From a virus: a DNA stretch of 64,000 bases. The notes under the pieces were generated by a model that searched no databases, was not told where the DNA came from, and saw only the letters and a program-made list of their open reading frames with translations. The stretch is from IMG/VR virus record IMGVR_UViG_3300032304_000700, positions 1 to 64,000 of that record; one strand, written 5' to 3'. Every line of letters starts with the position of its first letter. Position 1 is the stretch's first letter. The translations under genes and the position numbers were made by a program. Positions 36,163 to 45,849 of this stretch are shown here, one piece after another.

Positions 36163-38415
36163 CTATCCTTTCATTGCCTGTTTTACTAATGTCACTGCTT
36201 GTTTTTTAACACGCATTGTATCATCATATTTCAATGCGGATTTAACTAAAATTGTATTTCCTGTGTCTGGATTTTTAATCTTAGTTTGTAATACTTTATC
36301 AACCCTCTTTTTAGTCTTAGGGTCTAATGATTTTAATTTTGATTTTAAATCTCCTTTTTTAGTAGTTTCTTTTGATTTTTTAGCAGCTTCTGCTTTTTTG
36401 GTTGTAACTACTATATTTGCAAATACATCTTTATCAAATTTAGGATAAACTTGATTGAATATATCTTTCTTTTCTTTTGTAGTTAATAAATCGTTTCCAA
36501 AAGTAGCTCTTAATTGTGTTCCACTAATATTTTTACCATTTACTTTTAATTGCATTTCAGGTGCAATTATATAATATCCTTCATCTTCATATCCTTTCTT
36601 TTTATTGTCAGGTACTTTATCATAATTTTTAAAATATTTACCACCTTGTTCTAATCTTTCTGCATCTTTTTCGGATACTGCAGTTACATATTTTGTATCC
36701 TCCGGGTATTTACTTAATATTTCAACTGGTGAATATGGATTTTTAACCTGAATGATTTTGTTTGTTGGAATACCAAACATCTTATTCATTATTGCCTTTT
36801 TATCTTTAAATGGAAAAGGAGATTTAACGGGGTCTATCGTATTTGATGATGATATATAAACATTATCTTTACCAAATTTATCAACTAATGATTTATAGAT
36901 ACTATAATGTCCTGCGTGAAATGGTTGGAATCTACCTGAAAAAATTGCAATTTCGTTTTTCTCCGTCTTATCTTCTTTTTTTGCAGGTTTGTCAAATTTG
37001 AAAGTTCCTTGTATTTGATTTATAGGTGCAAATGTTCCTGTGTATTTATATGGGTTTCCATTATACATAAAAACCACACCTTCCGATGGCACCAAATTAT
37101 CCAACCCAATACTATCTAATCTTTCTAACTCCTTTTGAAGTTTTGCAATTTTATCTGGGTCTTTACTATCTCTAATAGATTTTATTGCAGTAAGTGTATC
37201 TCTTTTTAATTCTTTTGCTGCAGTCGGACTATTTGTTGATAAAAAATTACTAACTCTTTTTAATGTTTGTGCACCTGCATTAAGAAATATATTCTCAATA
37301 GGTTTAATCATTTCTTTTTGAGATTGTTGTAATTCGTTTGTTTCAAAGTTTCTGAACCAATCCGATTTAGTACTATCATTAAAAGATTTTACACCAAAAG
37401 TTTTATCACCATTTGCCCATCTATTTACTAAACCTTGTTTTTCTTTAGGAGAAAGATTAAGGTTTAATTCTTTGTTTTCACTATCTATTTTTTTCTGCCA
37501 CCACTTATTACGATAATCTTCCAATTTAGATTTACTATTCAATCCATATTCCTTTGCAATATCATTTAAATTAGAATTATACTCTTTTGCAAGTTTTGCA
37601 TATTTCAAACTTTCTGCATCACTAAATGCAATTACTTTTGGGCCTTCAATTCCAAATGTTTTTTGTTTATCAGCACCTACTTTTTGAACCGCTTGTGCAA
37701 ATTCTTCACCATCCGTTGATGAACGATTTATTTGTTCACCTTCTTTGTTATACTCAATAGTACCATGCATTACCAATACACTCTTACCATACGGAATTAC
37801 ATTTTGAGTATCTGGTAATATGATTTCCAAACTCATAAATTTGGAACCATTTTTAAACATATTTTTAGTTTGTTCCGGTGTTAATTTTGAAATTGCACTT
37901 TGTAAATCTTCTGCAGCTCCAACGAATGCCTTTTCAATTCCACCTCTTCCTGCAAATTGTTGTGTTATACCTTTTACATCCAATGCATTTTTACCACTAT
38001 CTCTAACATGTCCTTTATTTCTACCAAATATAATTTTACCATCTTTGAAACTGAATGCTATGTTTTGCCCGTCTAATTTTTCAGTAACAGGTGCTTCCTT
38101 ATCCAATCCACCTACTAACCCCCTCTTTATCATTTCCTTCATATCATTGAATGTCAAATCACCATCTTCAAACGGATGTGCCAAATGACCTGCTGCACCA
38201 CCTTCCAAAAGTAATGCTTCATTTAATGTTAGGTCAAAATATTCATCTATAAAATTATTTACATCATCCGTTATTTCATCCACAATATTGTAGACATATT
38301 CGGAATCCGTATCTGATTTTTTACGAATTTCTTTGTTTTTCTTTTCTATTTTATCAACTTGTGATTTAGATGGATATCCTGCTGGCAATCCCATCATAGT
38401 ATTTTCTGAATTCAT
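36163..38415 (-). CDS. Fusion of an RNA-ligase-like nucleotidyltransferase domain and an HxGH cytidylyltransferase-like domain
   Basis: Motif I-like TEKLDGQN and EGVVF....YKYTG; FSGRFQPFHAGH...ISGTQLR. Confidence 0.75.
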   Translation of the reverse strand: MNSENTMMGLPAGYPSKSQVDKIEKKNKEIRKKSDTDSEYVYNIVDEITDDVNNFIDEYFDLTLNEALLLEGGAAGHLAHPFEDGDLTFNDMKEMIKRGLVGGLDKEAPVTEKLDGQNIAFSFKDGKIIFGRNKGHVRDSGKNALDVKGITQQFAGRGGIEKAFVGAAEDLQSAISKLTPEQTKNMFKNGSKFMSLEIILPDTQNVIPYGKSVLVMHGTIEYNKEGEQINRSSTDGEEFAQAVQKVGADKQKTFGIEGPKVIAFSDAESLKYAKLAKEYNSNLNDIAKEYGLNSKSKLEDYRNKWWQKKIDSENKELNLNLSPKEKQGLVNRWANGDKTFGVKSFNDSTKSDWFRNFETNELQQSQKEMIKPIENIFLNAGAQTLKRVSNFLSTNSPTAAKELKRDTLTAIKSIRDSKDPDKIAKLQKELERLDSIGLDNLVPSEGVVFMYNGNPYKYTGTFAPINQIQGTFKFDKPAKKEDKTEKNEIAIFSGRFQPFHAGHYSIYKSLVDKFGKDNVYISSSNTIDPVKSPFPFKDKKAIMNKMFGIPTNKIIQVKNPYSPVEILSKYPEDTKYVTAVSEKDAERLEQGGKYFKNYDKVPDNKKKGYEDEGYYIIAPEMQLKVNGKNISGTQLRATFGNDLLTTKEKKDIFNQVYPKFDKDVFANIVVTTKKAEAAKKSKETTKKGDLKSKLKSLDPKTKKRVDKVLQTKIKNPDTGNTILVKSALKYDDTMRVKKQAVTLVKQAMKG

Positions 38416-38419
38416 ACTT

Positions 38420-38427
38420 ATAAATAT
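38420..38427 (-). promoter_or_regulatory. ATATTTAT putative late-promoter motif
   Basis: 4 nt upstream of ATG 38415. Confidence 0.5.
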
Positions 38428-38436
38428 CGTAAAATA

Positions 38437-38562
38437 TTAGAAATTTTTATAGATAAATGGGTCTCTTTTTTTAAGTTCTTCTAATTTCTTTTTAAATCTT
38501 TGTTTTCTTTTTCTTTCTTCATATAATTTTACAAAAAAAGAAATAATTGGCCATTTTTTCAT
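38437..38562 (-). CDS. Small basic 41-aa protein (not in ORF track)
   Basis: MKKWPIISFFVKLYEERKRKQRFKKKLEELKKRDPFIYKNF fills the gap directly after the ThDP beta gene. Confidence 0.6.
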   Translation of the reverse strand: MKKWPIISFFVKLYEERKRKQRFKKKLEELKKRDPFIYKNF

Positions 38563-38566
38563 TTTA

Positions 38567-39109
38567 TTAATTTTTATAATATAATTCTGGATATTCTACT
38601 AATATATATACTCCTTTGTTTTGTGTAGCATATTTGTATGATAATTCTATATCGGTTGGTGTTTTTAAATCCAATAATTCTATATTTTTACACATAGATT
38701 TAAATTCTTCAAAATAATTACCTTTATGTTGATGTCCTGGGTCTAATGGTTTATCAGAACCCTTTCCCAATCTAATTATAATATGTGGTTTAAATCCTGT
38801 CATGGATTCGTATTTATCAATATGGTTTATTAATTGGTTTGTTGCACATATTATAAAATCCCAACGAGGATAAAATGTTACTACCAATTTATTAGTCATT
38901 GATAGTCCCAAACTCATTCCCATTTGAGTTTCTTCCATAACAGGCAATTCAATCATTTTTTCTTTTGATACTTCTCCCAATGTTGTACTCATTGGATTTC
39001 CTGCATAAACTATTTGTTGGCCAATGAATATTGAATTATCCAAATTGGATATGTTTTTCATTGCGATAGTTAATGCATCTTTATATGGTGTATATTCTGG
39101 TTTATTCAT
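38567..39109 (-). CDS. ThDP-dependent enzyme beta subunit (transketolase/E1-beta pyrimidine-binding domain only)
   Basis: FIGQ...IELPVMEETQMGMSLGLS......YPRWDF....NQLINH...GHQH; probable ATG at 39109. Confidence 0.8.
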   Translation of the reverse strand: MNKPEYTPYKDALTIAMKNISNLDNSIFIGQQIVYAGNPMSTTLGEVSKEKMIELPVMEETQMGMSLGLSMTNKLVVTFYPRWDFIICATNQLINHIDKYESMTGFKPHIIIRLGKGSDKPLDPGHQHKGNYFEEFKSMCKNIELLDLKTPTDIELSYKYATQNKGVYILVEYPELYYKN

Positions 39110-39111
39110 AA

Positions 39112-39741
39112 TTAAAAGGCTATCCATTTCCCACTTCCGTAGTGTGGATATTTTGATTTGTAAGTATAATGAATAACATCCGATGGGATGTCTCTTTTTT
39201 TATTCCAAGTTGATTCGGTTGGAGTATATGTTGATACCCCATTATCTTCTACAACAAATATAATTGGTAAGTCAAAGTTTCTTGCATATTTGTGCACCTC
39301 ATAGAATATACCACTTTCAAATGACATATCACCAATAAATACAAATACTTTCTCATCACTACCTTTTGATTTAATTCCCATTGCAACTCCTAAAGCAATT
39401 GATAGAGTACCGCCTACGATTGCAGAAGCGTAGAATTTTTCGTTATGTTCACACATAGTGATTGATTTACCCTCTTTGATTAATTCGGTTGCATAGTCTG
39501 CAGATAATCCTTTTAAAACCCAATGGTAATGAGAACGCCATGTACTGAATACCCAATCGGTTTCTTTAATTCTTTTAAATATTTCTATCAATTGTTCTTC
39601 GTTTCCATTTGATAAATGTACTGGTCCTCTGATTTTACCACTTTCCCATATATCAACAATTTCTTGTTCAAACCTAATAAGTTTTTCTACTGTCCAATCG
39701 ATATCTCTTACTATTGGATATTGTTCTAAATTTTTTAGCAT
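39112..39741 (-). CDS. ThDP-dependent enzyme alpha subunit (E1-alpha-like)
   Basis: GPVHLSNGNEE, STWRSHYH, SAIVGG; ThDP motif GDMSFESG...IFVVEDN. Confidence 0.88.
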   Translation of the reverse strand: MLKNLEQYPIVRDIDWTVEKLIRFEQEIVDIWESGKIRGPVHLSNGNEEQLIEIFKRIKETDWVFSTWRSHYHWVLKGLSADYATELIKEGKSITMCEHNEKFYASAIVGGTLSIALGVAMGIKSKGSDEKVFVFIGDMSFESGIFYEVHKYARNFDLPIIFVVEDNGVSTYTPTESTWNKKRDIPSDVIHYTYKSKYPHYGSGKWIAF

Positions 39742-40283
39742 CTATCTCTTTTTTGTAATATTGGTGAATCCGTTGGCCATTCGATTTGAAATTCAGGGTC
39801 ATTCCATTTTACAACACCTTGTGCGTTTTCTTCAACAAAATCACCTTCATAAAATAAATTATAATGAAATATACAATCGGTTAATGCATAATGTCCGTTT
39901 GCAAATCCTGGTGGAACTAATACTTGGTCTCTGGTTTTTTCAGTAAGTAAGTAAGAATTCCAATCACCATATGTAGGAGATTCTTTTCTAACATCCAATA
40001 CTACTAAAAATATATCACCAACCAAAGCTTGAACCAATTTCCAAGTCTTATTATCCCAATGTAATCCTCGTAACACACCTTTGTATGATTTTGAAAATCT
40101 ACCATGTACCTTCAAATCTCCGTGCATAAAATTATGAACAGGATGTTCCTCTGGATGATATGTTGTCCAAATTTCTCCTCTATATTCTCTATATACTGAT
40201 GGTGAAAATACTGGTACATCTTTACCAAATGGTTTTAAAAATGATACTTCTATATCATTCCATTTTTTGTCTTTGTAACTCAT
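39735..40283 (-). CDS. rmlC: dTDP-4-dehydrorhamnose 3,5-epimerase family (RmlC)
   Basis: SKSYKGVLRGLHW..KLVQ...G.IF.V.LDVR..SPTYG.W...VPPGFANGH...WNDP...IEWP...PILQKRDR. Confidence 0.88.
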   Translation of the reverse strand: MSYKDKKWNDIEVSFLKPFGKDVPVFSPSVYREYRGEIWTTYHPEEHPVHNFMHGDLKVHGRFSKSYKGVLRGLHWDNKTWKLVQALVGDIFLVVLDVRKESPTYGDWNSYLLTEKTRDQVLVPPGFANGHYALTDCIFHYNLFYEGDFVEENAQGVVKWNDPEFQIEWPTDSPILQKRDRC

Positions 40284-41107
40284 ATTAATTTATTTTTATT
40301 ATTTTTTTGAGGCCATCCTATAAATTCTGCAAGTTTTTTGGCATATTCTATGTGACCAAAATATCCAGGATGAGTATCAATATATTCCATCTTCCCCAAT
40401 GTCTCATCTTTTATTGTCATTTTATTTCGGAGACACCAACTGTATATATCATCTGATTTATTTTCTTTATTTGCAAATTTTATAATGTCCGATTTATTAA
40501 ATAGTTCCGAAAAATATAATGAATTTCCATTCATTATAAAAATTTTAATATTATTTAATTTGCAAAAAGAATATAATCCAATAAATGCCTTTTCATCTTG
40601 ACTAATATTATTCTCAAAACTATAATGGTTTTGATGCCAATTTTCAAATATATGCTTTGATGCACTATCCTCATTTCTATATGATAAATTAAAATAGTCT
40701 CTAGATGCACCGGCAAATGTGTGCACTGAATTATCAACTTTAGAATTTACAATAAAATATTCATTATGTTTTGCACTAAATACATCCGAACGAGACGAAT
40801 CTGGTTTTTCTAAAATTATAAAAAATTTATCTTTATTTTTCCAATTATTATAAATAAAATCATAAGTCATTCTTACAACCCTAGATGTGCTTCCTCCCGA
40901 ATTGGCTTCGTTTATACATTTTATTCCTATAATTTCTTCTAATCTTTTTCCAAAATTAACTTCACTTGTAGATTTCCAATCTATACCATACAATTCTTTA
41001 TATATTGGAATTACACCAATTCCCCGAATTTCACTTGGCTCCAGGCCTCCACCTTCACTATGTGAACATCCATTTACATAAAAACAATTATACTTACTAA
41101 AATCCAT
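40280..41107 (-). CDS. SGNH/GDSL-like acyl hydrolase/transferase (paralog 1)
   Basis: NGCSHSEG; NEANSGGS; DTHPG. Confidence 0.65.
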   Translation of the reverse strand: MDFSKYNCFYVNGCSHSEGGGLEPSEIRGIGVIPIYKELYGIDWKSTSEVNFGKRLEEIIGIKCINEANSGGSTSRVVRMTYDFIYNNWKNKDKFFIILEKPDSSRSDVFSAKHNEYFIVNSKVDNSVHTFAGASRDYFNLSYRNEDSASKHIFENWHQNHYSFENNISQDEKAFIGLYSFCKLNNIKIFIMNGNSLYFSELFNKSDIIKFANKENKSDDIYSWCLRNKMTIKDETLGKMEYIDTHPGYFGHIEYAKKLAEFIGWPQKNNKNKLI

Positions 41108-41108
41108 A

Positions 41109-42080
41109 CTATCCTAAATTTGCATATCCTAATGGAAACCCATTTCTAAACTCTGCTCCCATTTTTGGAACAATCATTTGATATCCTTGAATTAGTTGTT
41201 TAATTCCCATATCCAAATCCCATTCAGGTTTCCATCCAGTATCTTCTATTTTTTTATTTGAAACTATGTAATTTCTTTTATCTGGGTCTTGATAATAATC
41301 ATCATATACTACTGCAAAATCTTTTACATATTTTTGTATTTTTTCCAATAGTTCTTGTTTATTTAAATTTGCAGAAGTCAATCCTACATTAAAAACTTCA
41401 CTATTGTATGTTTTATAATTTTTTAACATAAATAAAAATGCAGATGCAACATCTTCTACATGAATAAAATTTCTTTTAAACGATTTTTCAAATACTACAA
41501 TATATTTGTCTGTGATTGCTTTGTAAACAAAATCGTTTACCAATAAGTCCGTTCTCATACGAGGAGATACACCAAACACAGTTGCTAATCTAAAAATTAT
41601 AGAATCAGTTGATGTTCTTAAAAAATTTTCTGCTTCACATTTGGTTTGACCATAAACGGATATTGGAGTTAATGGGGATTCTTCATCACATTCCAACTGG
41701 CCAGTACCCAACCCATATCCACTATTTGTATTTGGATATAGAATCTTTTTTCCTTTTTTGTTGGTAAATTTAACTATATTTACAATTTGGTCAAAGTTAA
41801 TTTCTTTTGCTAATTGTGGGTCGGCGGCACATGCTGGAAATCCTACAATGGCTGCTAATGGAATTATTATATCATGTTCGTTACACAATCTTTCTAATTC
41901 GGTTACATTACGAACATCACCATAAATGAATTTAAATTTTGAATTTGATGTATATTGTAATAAGGATGTTTGATTGAATAACAATTTATCTAAAACGGTA
42001 ACACTATATCCCGCATTTAACATAACTCCAGTAATTACTGAGCCCAAATACCCTGCACCTCCTGTGATAAGAATTTTCAT
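41109..42080 (-). CDS. NAD-dependent nucleotide-sugar epimerase/dehydratase (extended SDR)
   Basis: ITGGAGYLGS, LAAIVG, YGQTK, FRLATVFG.SPRMR.DL.VN. Confidence 0.92.
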   Translation of the reverse strand: MKILITGGAGYLGSVITGVMLNAGYSVTVLDKLLFNQTSLLQYTSNSKFKFIYGDVRNVTELERLCNEHDIIIPLAAIVGFPACAADPQLAKEINFDQIVNIVKFTNKKGKKILYPNTNSGYGLGTGQLECDEESPLTPISVYGQTKCEAENFLRTSTDSIIFRLATVFGVSPRMRTDLLVNDFVYKAITDKYIVVFEKSFKRNFIHVEDVASAFLFMLKNYKTYNSEVFNVGLTSANLNKQELLEKIQKYVKDFAVVYDDYYQDPDKRNYIVSNKKIEDTGWKPEWDLDMGIKQLIQGYQMIVPKMGAEFRNGFPLGYANLG

Positions 42081-42859
42081 AACTTATTTTTAATATAAGT
42101 ATAAAATTGTTTTGAAAAATTCTCATGCCACATTTCACCGGGATGGTGATTATCCCTACCCTTTAAATCATTTTTATAACAATTCATTGGATTAAAAAAT
42201 GTATCGTAATTTATAGTATTTTTTAATTGTGGTTCCAATTCTTTAAAAACATCATAATAATATCCAGCAATTGTATGGAATATTTTAATGTTATGTAATT
42301 TTGCAATAGTTTCTACAAATGTGTAAGCTTCCCAAAATGTCATTAAATCTTGATAATCATTTCTCAACTCTATAAATAATAAATCTTCACTTTCATTTTT
42401 CCAAACTAAATCATTATGGTTTGCAATTCTAAATCCTCCTACTTTTTTAAATGAACCATTTTCTCTTATATAATCTCTCCTACTAAATCCTGGCCACATT
42501 ATTAAAACCATATTTGGTATAAATTCGGTTGATATTATTTTATAAAGTGTTTTTGCAATAAATGATGTGGATACTCCATACATACCATAATTAAAAACTT
42601 TACCAAATTTATTACCAATTAGATTTGGCCAGATTTTATTATTATCAACACCGATGCCCATTGTCCAAGAACAACCCAATGTTATTACATTATACTCCGA
42701 TGTGTTATACAATGAATCCGAGCGATATCCATGTTCATTCATTTTATATTGAATTGTACCATCATCTATTGTATCACTTGCAAGAGTATTAAATGTTTTA
42801 TTTTTATATTGTTCAAAAACGAAAACATCATTTGATAATATTTTATTAACATCCATCAT
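42077..42859 (-). CDS. SGNH/GDSL-like protein (paralog 2)
   Basis: Y.MNEHGYRSD; LGCSWTMG.G; NYGMYGVS; DNHHPG. Confidence 0.7.
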   Translation of the reverse strand: MMDVNKILSNDVFVFEQYKNKTFNTLASDTIDDGTIQYKMNEHGYRSDSLYNTSEYNVITLGCSWTMGIGVDNNKIWPNLIGNKFGKVFNYGMYGVSTSFIAKTLYKIISTEFIPNMVLIMWPGFSRRDYIRENGSFKKVGGFRIANHNDLVWKNESEDLLFIELRNDYQDLMTFWEAYTFVETIAKLHNIKIFHTIAGYYYDVFKELEPQLKNTINYDTFFNPMNCYKNDLKGRDNHHPGEMWHENFSKQFYTYIKNKL

Positions 42860-44298
42860 TACAAAATGATATTGTTTTGTATATTATAAAGTTCATTTAT
42901 AAAGTTAACACCATGTGGTTTTATTTTATGATACTCTAACAATAATTTCTGATTATGAACCAATATGTCTTCCATTTTCCAATACCAATCATGCAATTCT
43001 TCGTTTGACATTGCACATAATTTTTTAATTTCATTGTGAATTGCCAACATTCTATCTTCTTTCGATTCAATTGTGTCGTAAGTTTCATCTATAAAACCAT
43101 CAAATGTTTTAAATCCTAATTCTCTTAATAATTTTAAACCACCTGCAAATGTTACAAATATAAATGGTTGAAAATTTGCAATTGGTTTGAATATTTTTTC
43201 CGTAAGTGATTTGTGTTCTCCGTCTACTAATGTCTCAAATAATATTTCAAAATAAGAATCTAAATGAGCTTTAAAATGCATATCAGTCCATGCATTAATA
43301 TCACCATAAGTATTTCCACTTTCACTTTGTAAATTATGTGGAAACATACTATACGATGATTTAATTTTTTCAATATCTACATCTAATTTATATTCATTTA
43401 TTAAATGTTGTATAGTTAATACATCCATACCATTTGTAGATAAAAAAGACCAATCACCATATTTTAATAAATCATCATTTATCATTCTATACATGACTGC
43501 CAATCTATGAAATCTGGCATTTCTCATTTTCATCAAATACTTATTTGGTCTTATAGTATTTCTACTATTATTAAAGTCATCTATACTCATTGATAACTTT
43601 AAGTTATTTGATATTCCATCTGCATAAAACCAAGAACTATGGTCTAAACAAAATGGTAAATTTCTAACCTGATATTTTCTTTGATGTGGAGGAAACCAGT
43701 TTTCATATAATTCTTTTGCATTAAAACTATTTACAATTATAAACACAGATGTAGCCGGTAATCCACTATTTTTTAAACATTCGGTTAAAGCATTATGCAT
43801 ATTTAAATCTAAAAAAGGTTCCATAGTATAATCTATGTAAATAATTCCTTTTTTTTCTTTTACTTTTTCTAAAACTTCTCTAGAAATGAATTTCCAAAAA
43901 TATGAACCATTTAATTTATCAGCAATTGCATTATTTACCCCTGTGAATTGTGTAAATATTGGATTTGGTCTTATTGGATATATAAATTTTTTGTTTGGAT
44001 TTCTTTCAAATAAAACAGAAGATTCTTTGTATTCTAAATGGTCTCTATAAACATTGGCTTGAAAAAAATACCCATGTGCAGTATTTGGGTTGTGTCCCAT
44101 AGAATCTTCAAATATATCTTTCATAAAAATTTGATTACCTCTTTCGTTTACAGGTGCTTCAAATATTGTAGAATGTAATGTTCTATTAGTGTGTAATGAG
44201 GAGATATAATTTATAATACCAAGTTGTGTATCTAATGCATTTGGTAATATAAATGTTGGAAATATATAATCAAATACAAATGTTAATCTTTTTTTCAT
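42859..44298 (-). CDS. Putative glycosyltransferase (C-terminal GT-B-like E..TEK..KP..PFI motif)
   Basis: SYFEILFET.....LTEKIFKPIANFQPFI...LRELGFKTF..IDETYD resembles the GT10-type E...TEK motif. Confidence 0.5.
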   Translation of the reverse strand: MKKRLTFVFDYIFPTFILPNALDTQLGIINYISSLHTNRTLHSTIFEAPVNERGNQIFMKDIFEDSMGHNPNTAHGYFFQANVYRDHLEYKESSVLFERNPNKKFIYPIRPNPIFTQFTGVNNAIADKLNGSYFWKFISREVLEKVKEKKGIIYIDYTMEPFLDLNMHNALTECLKNSGLPATSVFIIVNSFNAKELYENWFPPHQRKYQVRNLPFCLDHSSWFYADGISNNLKLSMSIDDFNNSRNTIRPNKYLMKMRNARFHRLAVMYRMINDDLLKYGDWSFLSTNGMDVLTIQHLINEYKLDVDIEKIKSSYSMFPHNLQSESGNTYGDINAWTDMHFKAHLDSYFEILFETLVDGEHKSLTEKIFKPIANFQPFIFVTFAGGLKLLRELGFKTFDGFIDETYDTIESKEDRMLAIHNEIKKLCAMSNEELHDWYWKMEDILVHNQKLLLEYHKIKPHGVNFINELYNIQNNIIL

Positions 44299-44300
44299 AG

Positions 44301-45074
44301 TTAAGAAAATATTTGAGGCCCTAATTGGTGGGATTTATTAAATGGTATTAAAATTTTTTTAGCGTAAGCTTGGAATTGAGATTCTATACTTCGTGTGTCA
44401 ACAGCTGTTAATGATAATTCATATCTTTCTTTAGATTCTAATGTATCATATTCTGGAAAAATTTCTTTTAAATATTGATAATGCATTAATTGTGTAGGAT
44501 GTGTGTCATGTGTGTCTCTATCTTCATATTTTACATAATTGGATTCATTTTCAAAATTTATACGTTTCCAATCATCCATTGCTTCTTTTATATCTAATGT
44601 ATCTTTTATATATGTGAAATATTTATTCATTAATTTATTTAATCTATGTTCGTTTTCTAATACAATATTATTCATAGATGTTAAAAATGTATGTTTAATA
44701 TTTTTTAGAGTTAATATTTCTTTTATGGTTTTTACTGCTATATAAGTTTGATAAATACTCCATTCGTCAGACCACATATTTTCTAAAAAATCCTTTGGTA
44801 TATCTGTGTTCCAGTAAATATTACCACCATGTTTCCAATTGTTTTTATTTCTGAATGAGAATCTGTCCATATTCGTAAACATAACAACTACATAATCATC
44901 TTCATTTAAAATATTACTAACTTCTATAAATCTATTCATTATAAATGTATTAGATGCACCTCCTTGGCCATAATTCATATATTCTTCAAAATTAGCACCC
45001 ATATAATCTGCCCAAGTTGCAGTTACATATCCCGTATAACTACACCCAAATGTTATTAATCTTTTACCAACCAT
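44301..45074 (-). CDS. SGNH/GDSL-like protein (paralog 3)
   Basis: FGCSYT; NYGQGGASN; DTHPT; probable ATG at 45074. Confidence 0.65.
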   Translation of the reverse strand: MVGKRLITFGCSYTGYVTATWADYMGANFEEYMNYGQGGASNTFIMNRFIEVSNILNEDDYVVVMFTNMDRFSFRNKNNWKHGGNIYWNTDIPKDFLENMWSDEWSIYQTYIAVKTIKEILTLKNIKHTFLTSMNNIVLENEHRLNKLMNKYFTYIKDTLDIKEAMDDWKRINFENESNYVKYEDRDTHDTHPTQLMHYQYLKEIFPEYDTLESKERYELSLTAVDTRSIESQFQAYAKKILIPFNKSHQLGPQIFS

Positions 45075-45849
45075 TATTTTTAATTTTTTCAATTATAGAA
45101 TTATAAACAATTTCATGCCCGGTCTTTGAGGTATGCATGGTTCCCATATCATCCGGATATTGATGTGATAATTTCATAAAATCTGCATCTACTATATTTT
45201 CATCATTAATATAACCATCAAATCCTTTGTCGTATGTTAAAAATAAATGTCGTATTCCTTTATTTTTCAAAAGTATATGTGACATCACCATCATTCCTAT
45301 ATCATATTGTCTTTGAATCTGGTCATCAAATATATTTAAATAATAATCTTTAAGTAATTTCATTTTATCATTACCTTCACTATCAAATCGGGCATAATAA
45401 TTAGATTGCCAGTTAGGATTATCTATACAATTATCAACATAATCTATTATACTATTAAAATTTTCGGTTAATAGTTTCCCATTATAATTTTTGTCATTTT
45501 GCATTGGATTGGGTATGGTGTATTTATAATTATCTTTACCATATGGTGGATACTGATGATAGTTTACATCCGTATTTTTAATTTCTCCAACAAAATCATA
45601 TCCTTCCTTAAACCACTCCGTTCTATTATATGTGGTCACACCTATACACATGAAATCTATATTAGATATATTTTCCAATGCATATTTTACTTGTAAAGAT
45701 ATTGAAAAATTTGAACTGGAACCTTTAGCTAAATTTATTAAATTTTTATTTAGATTTGATGCCAATAAACTGCCATACGGTTCCTTTTCTAAATTATGAC
45801 ATCCTATTCCAATATTGAAGGAATCACCACATATAACTAAATTATTCAT
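45064..45849 (-). CDS. SGNH/GDSL-like protein (paralog 4)
   Basis: CGDSFNIG; NLAKGSSSN; MHTS..GH. Confidence 0.65.
   Translation of the reverse strand: MNNLVICGDSFNIGIGCHNLEKEPYGSLLASNLNKNLINLAKGSSSNFSISLQVKYALENISNIDFMCIGVTTYNRTEWFKEGYDFVGEIKNTDVNYHQYPPYGKDNYKYTIPNPMQNDKNYNGKLLTENFNSIIDYVDNCIDNPNWQSNYYARFDSEGNDKMKLLKDYYLNIFDDQIQRQYDIGMMVMSHILLKNKGIRHLFLTYDKGFDGYINDENIVDADFMKLSHQYPDDMGTMHTSKTGHEIVYNSIIEKIKNNGW

Noticed and set aside
38567-39741. Pyruvate dehydrogenase E1 as a central-metabolism auxiliary gene
   Set aside because: The subunits are truncated, there is no E2/E3, and they are embedded among nucleotide-sugar genes, so sugar modification is more plausible.
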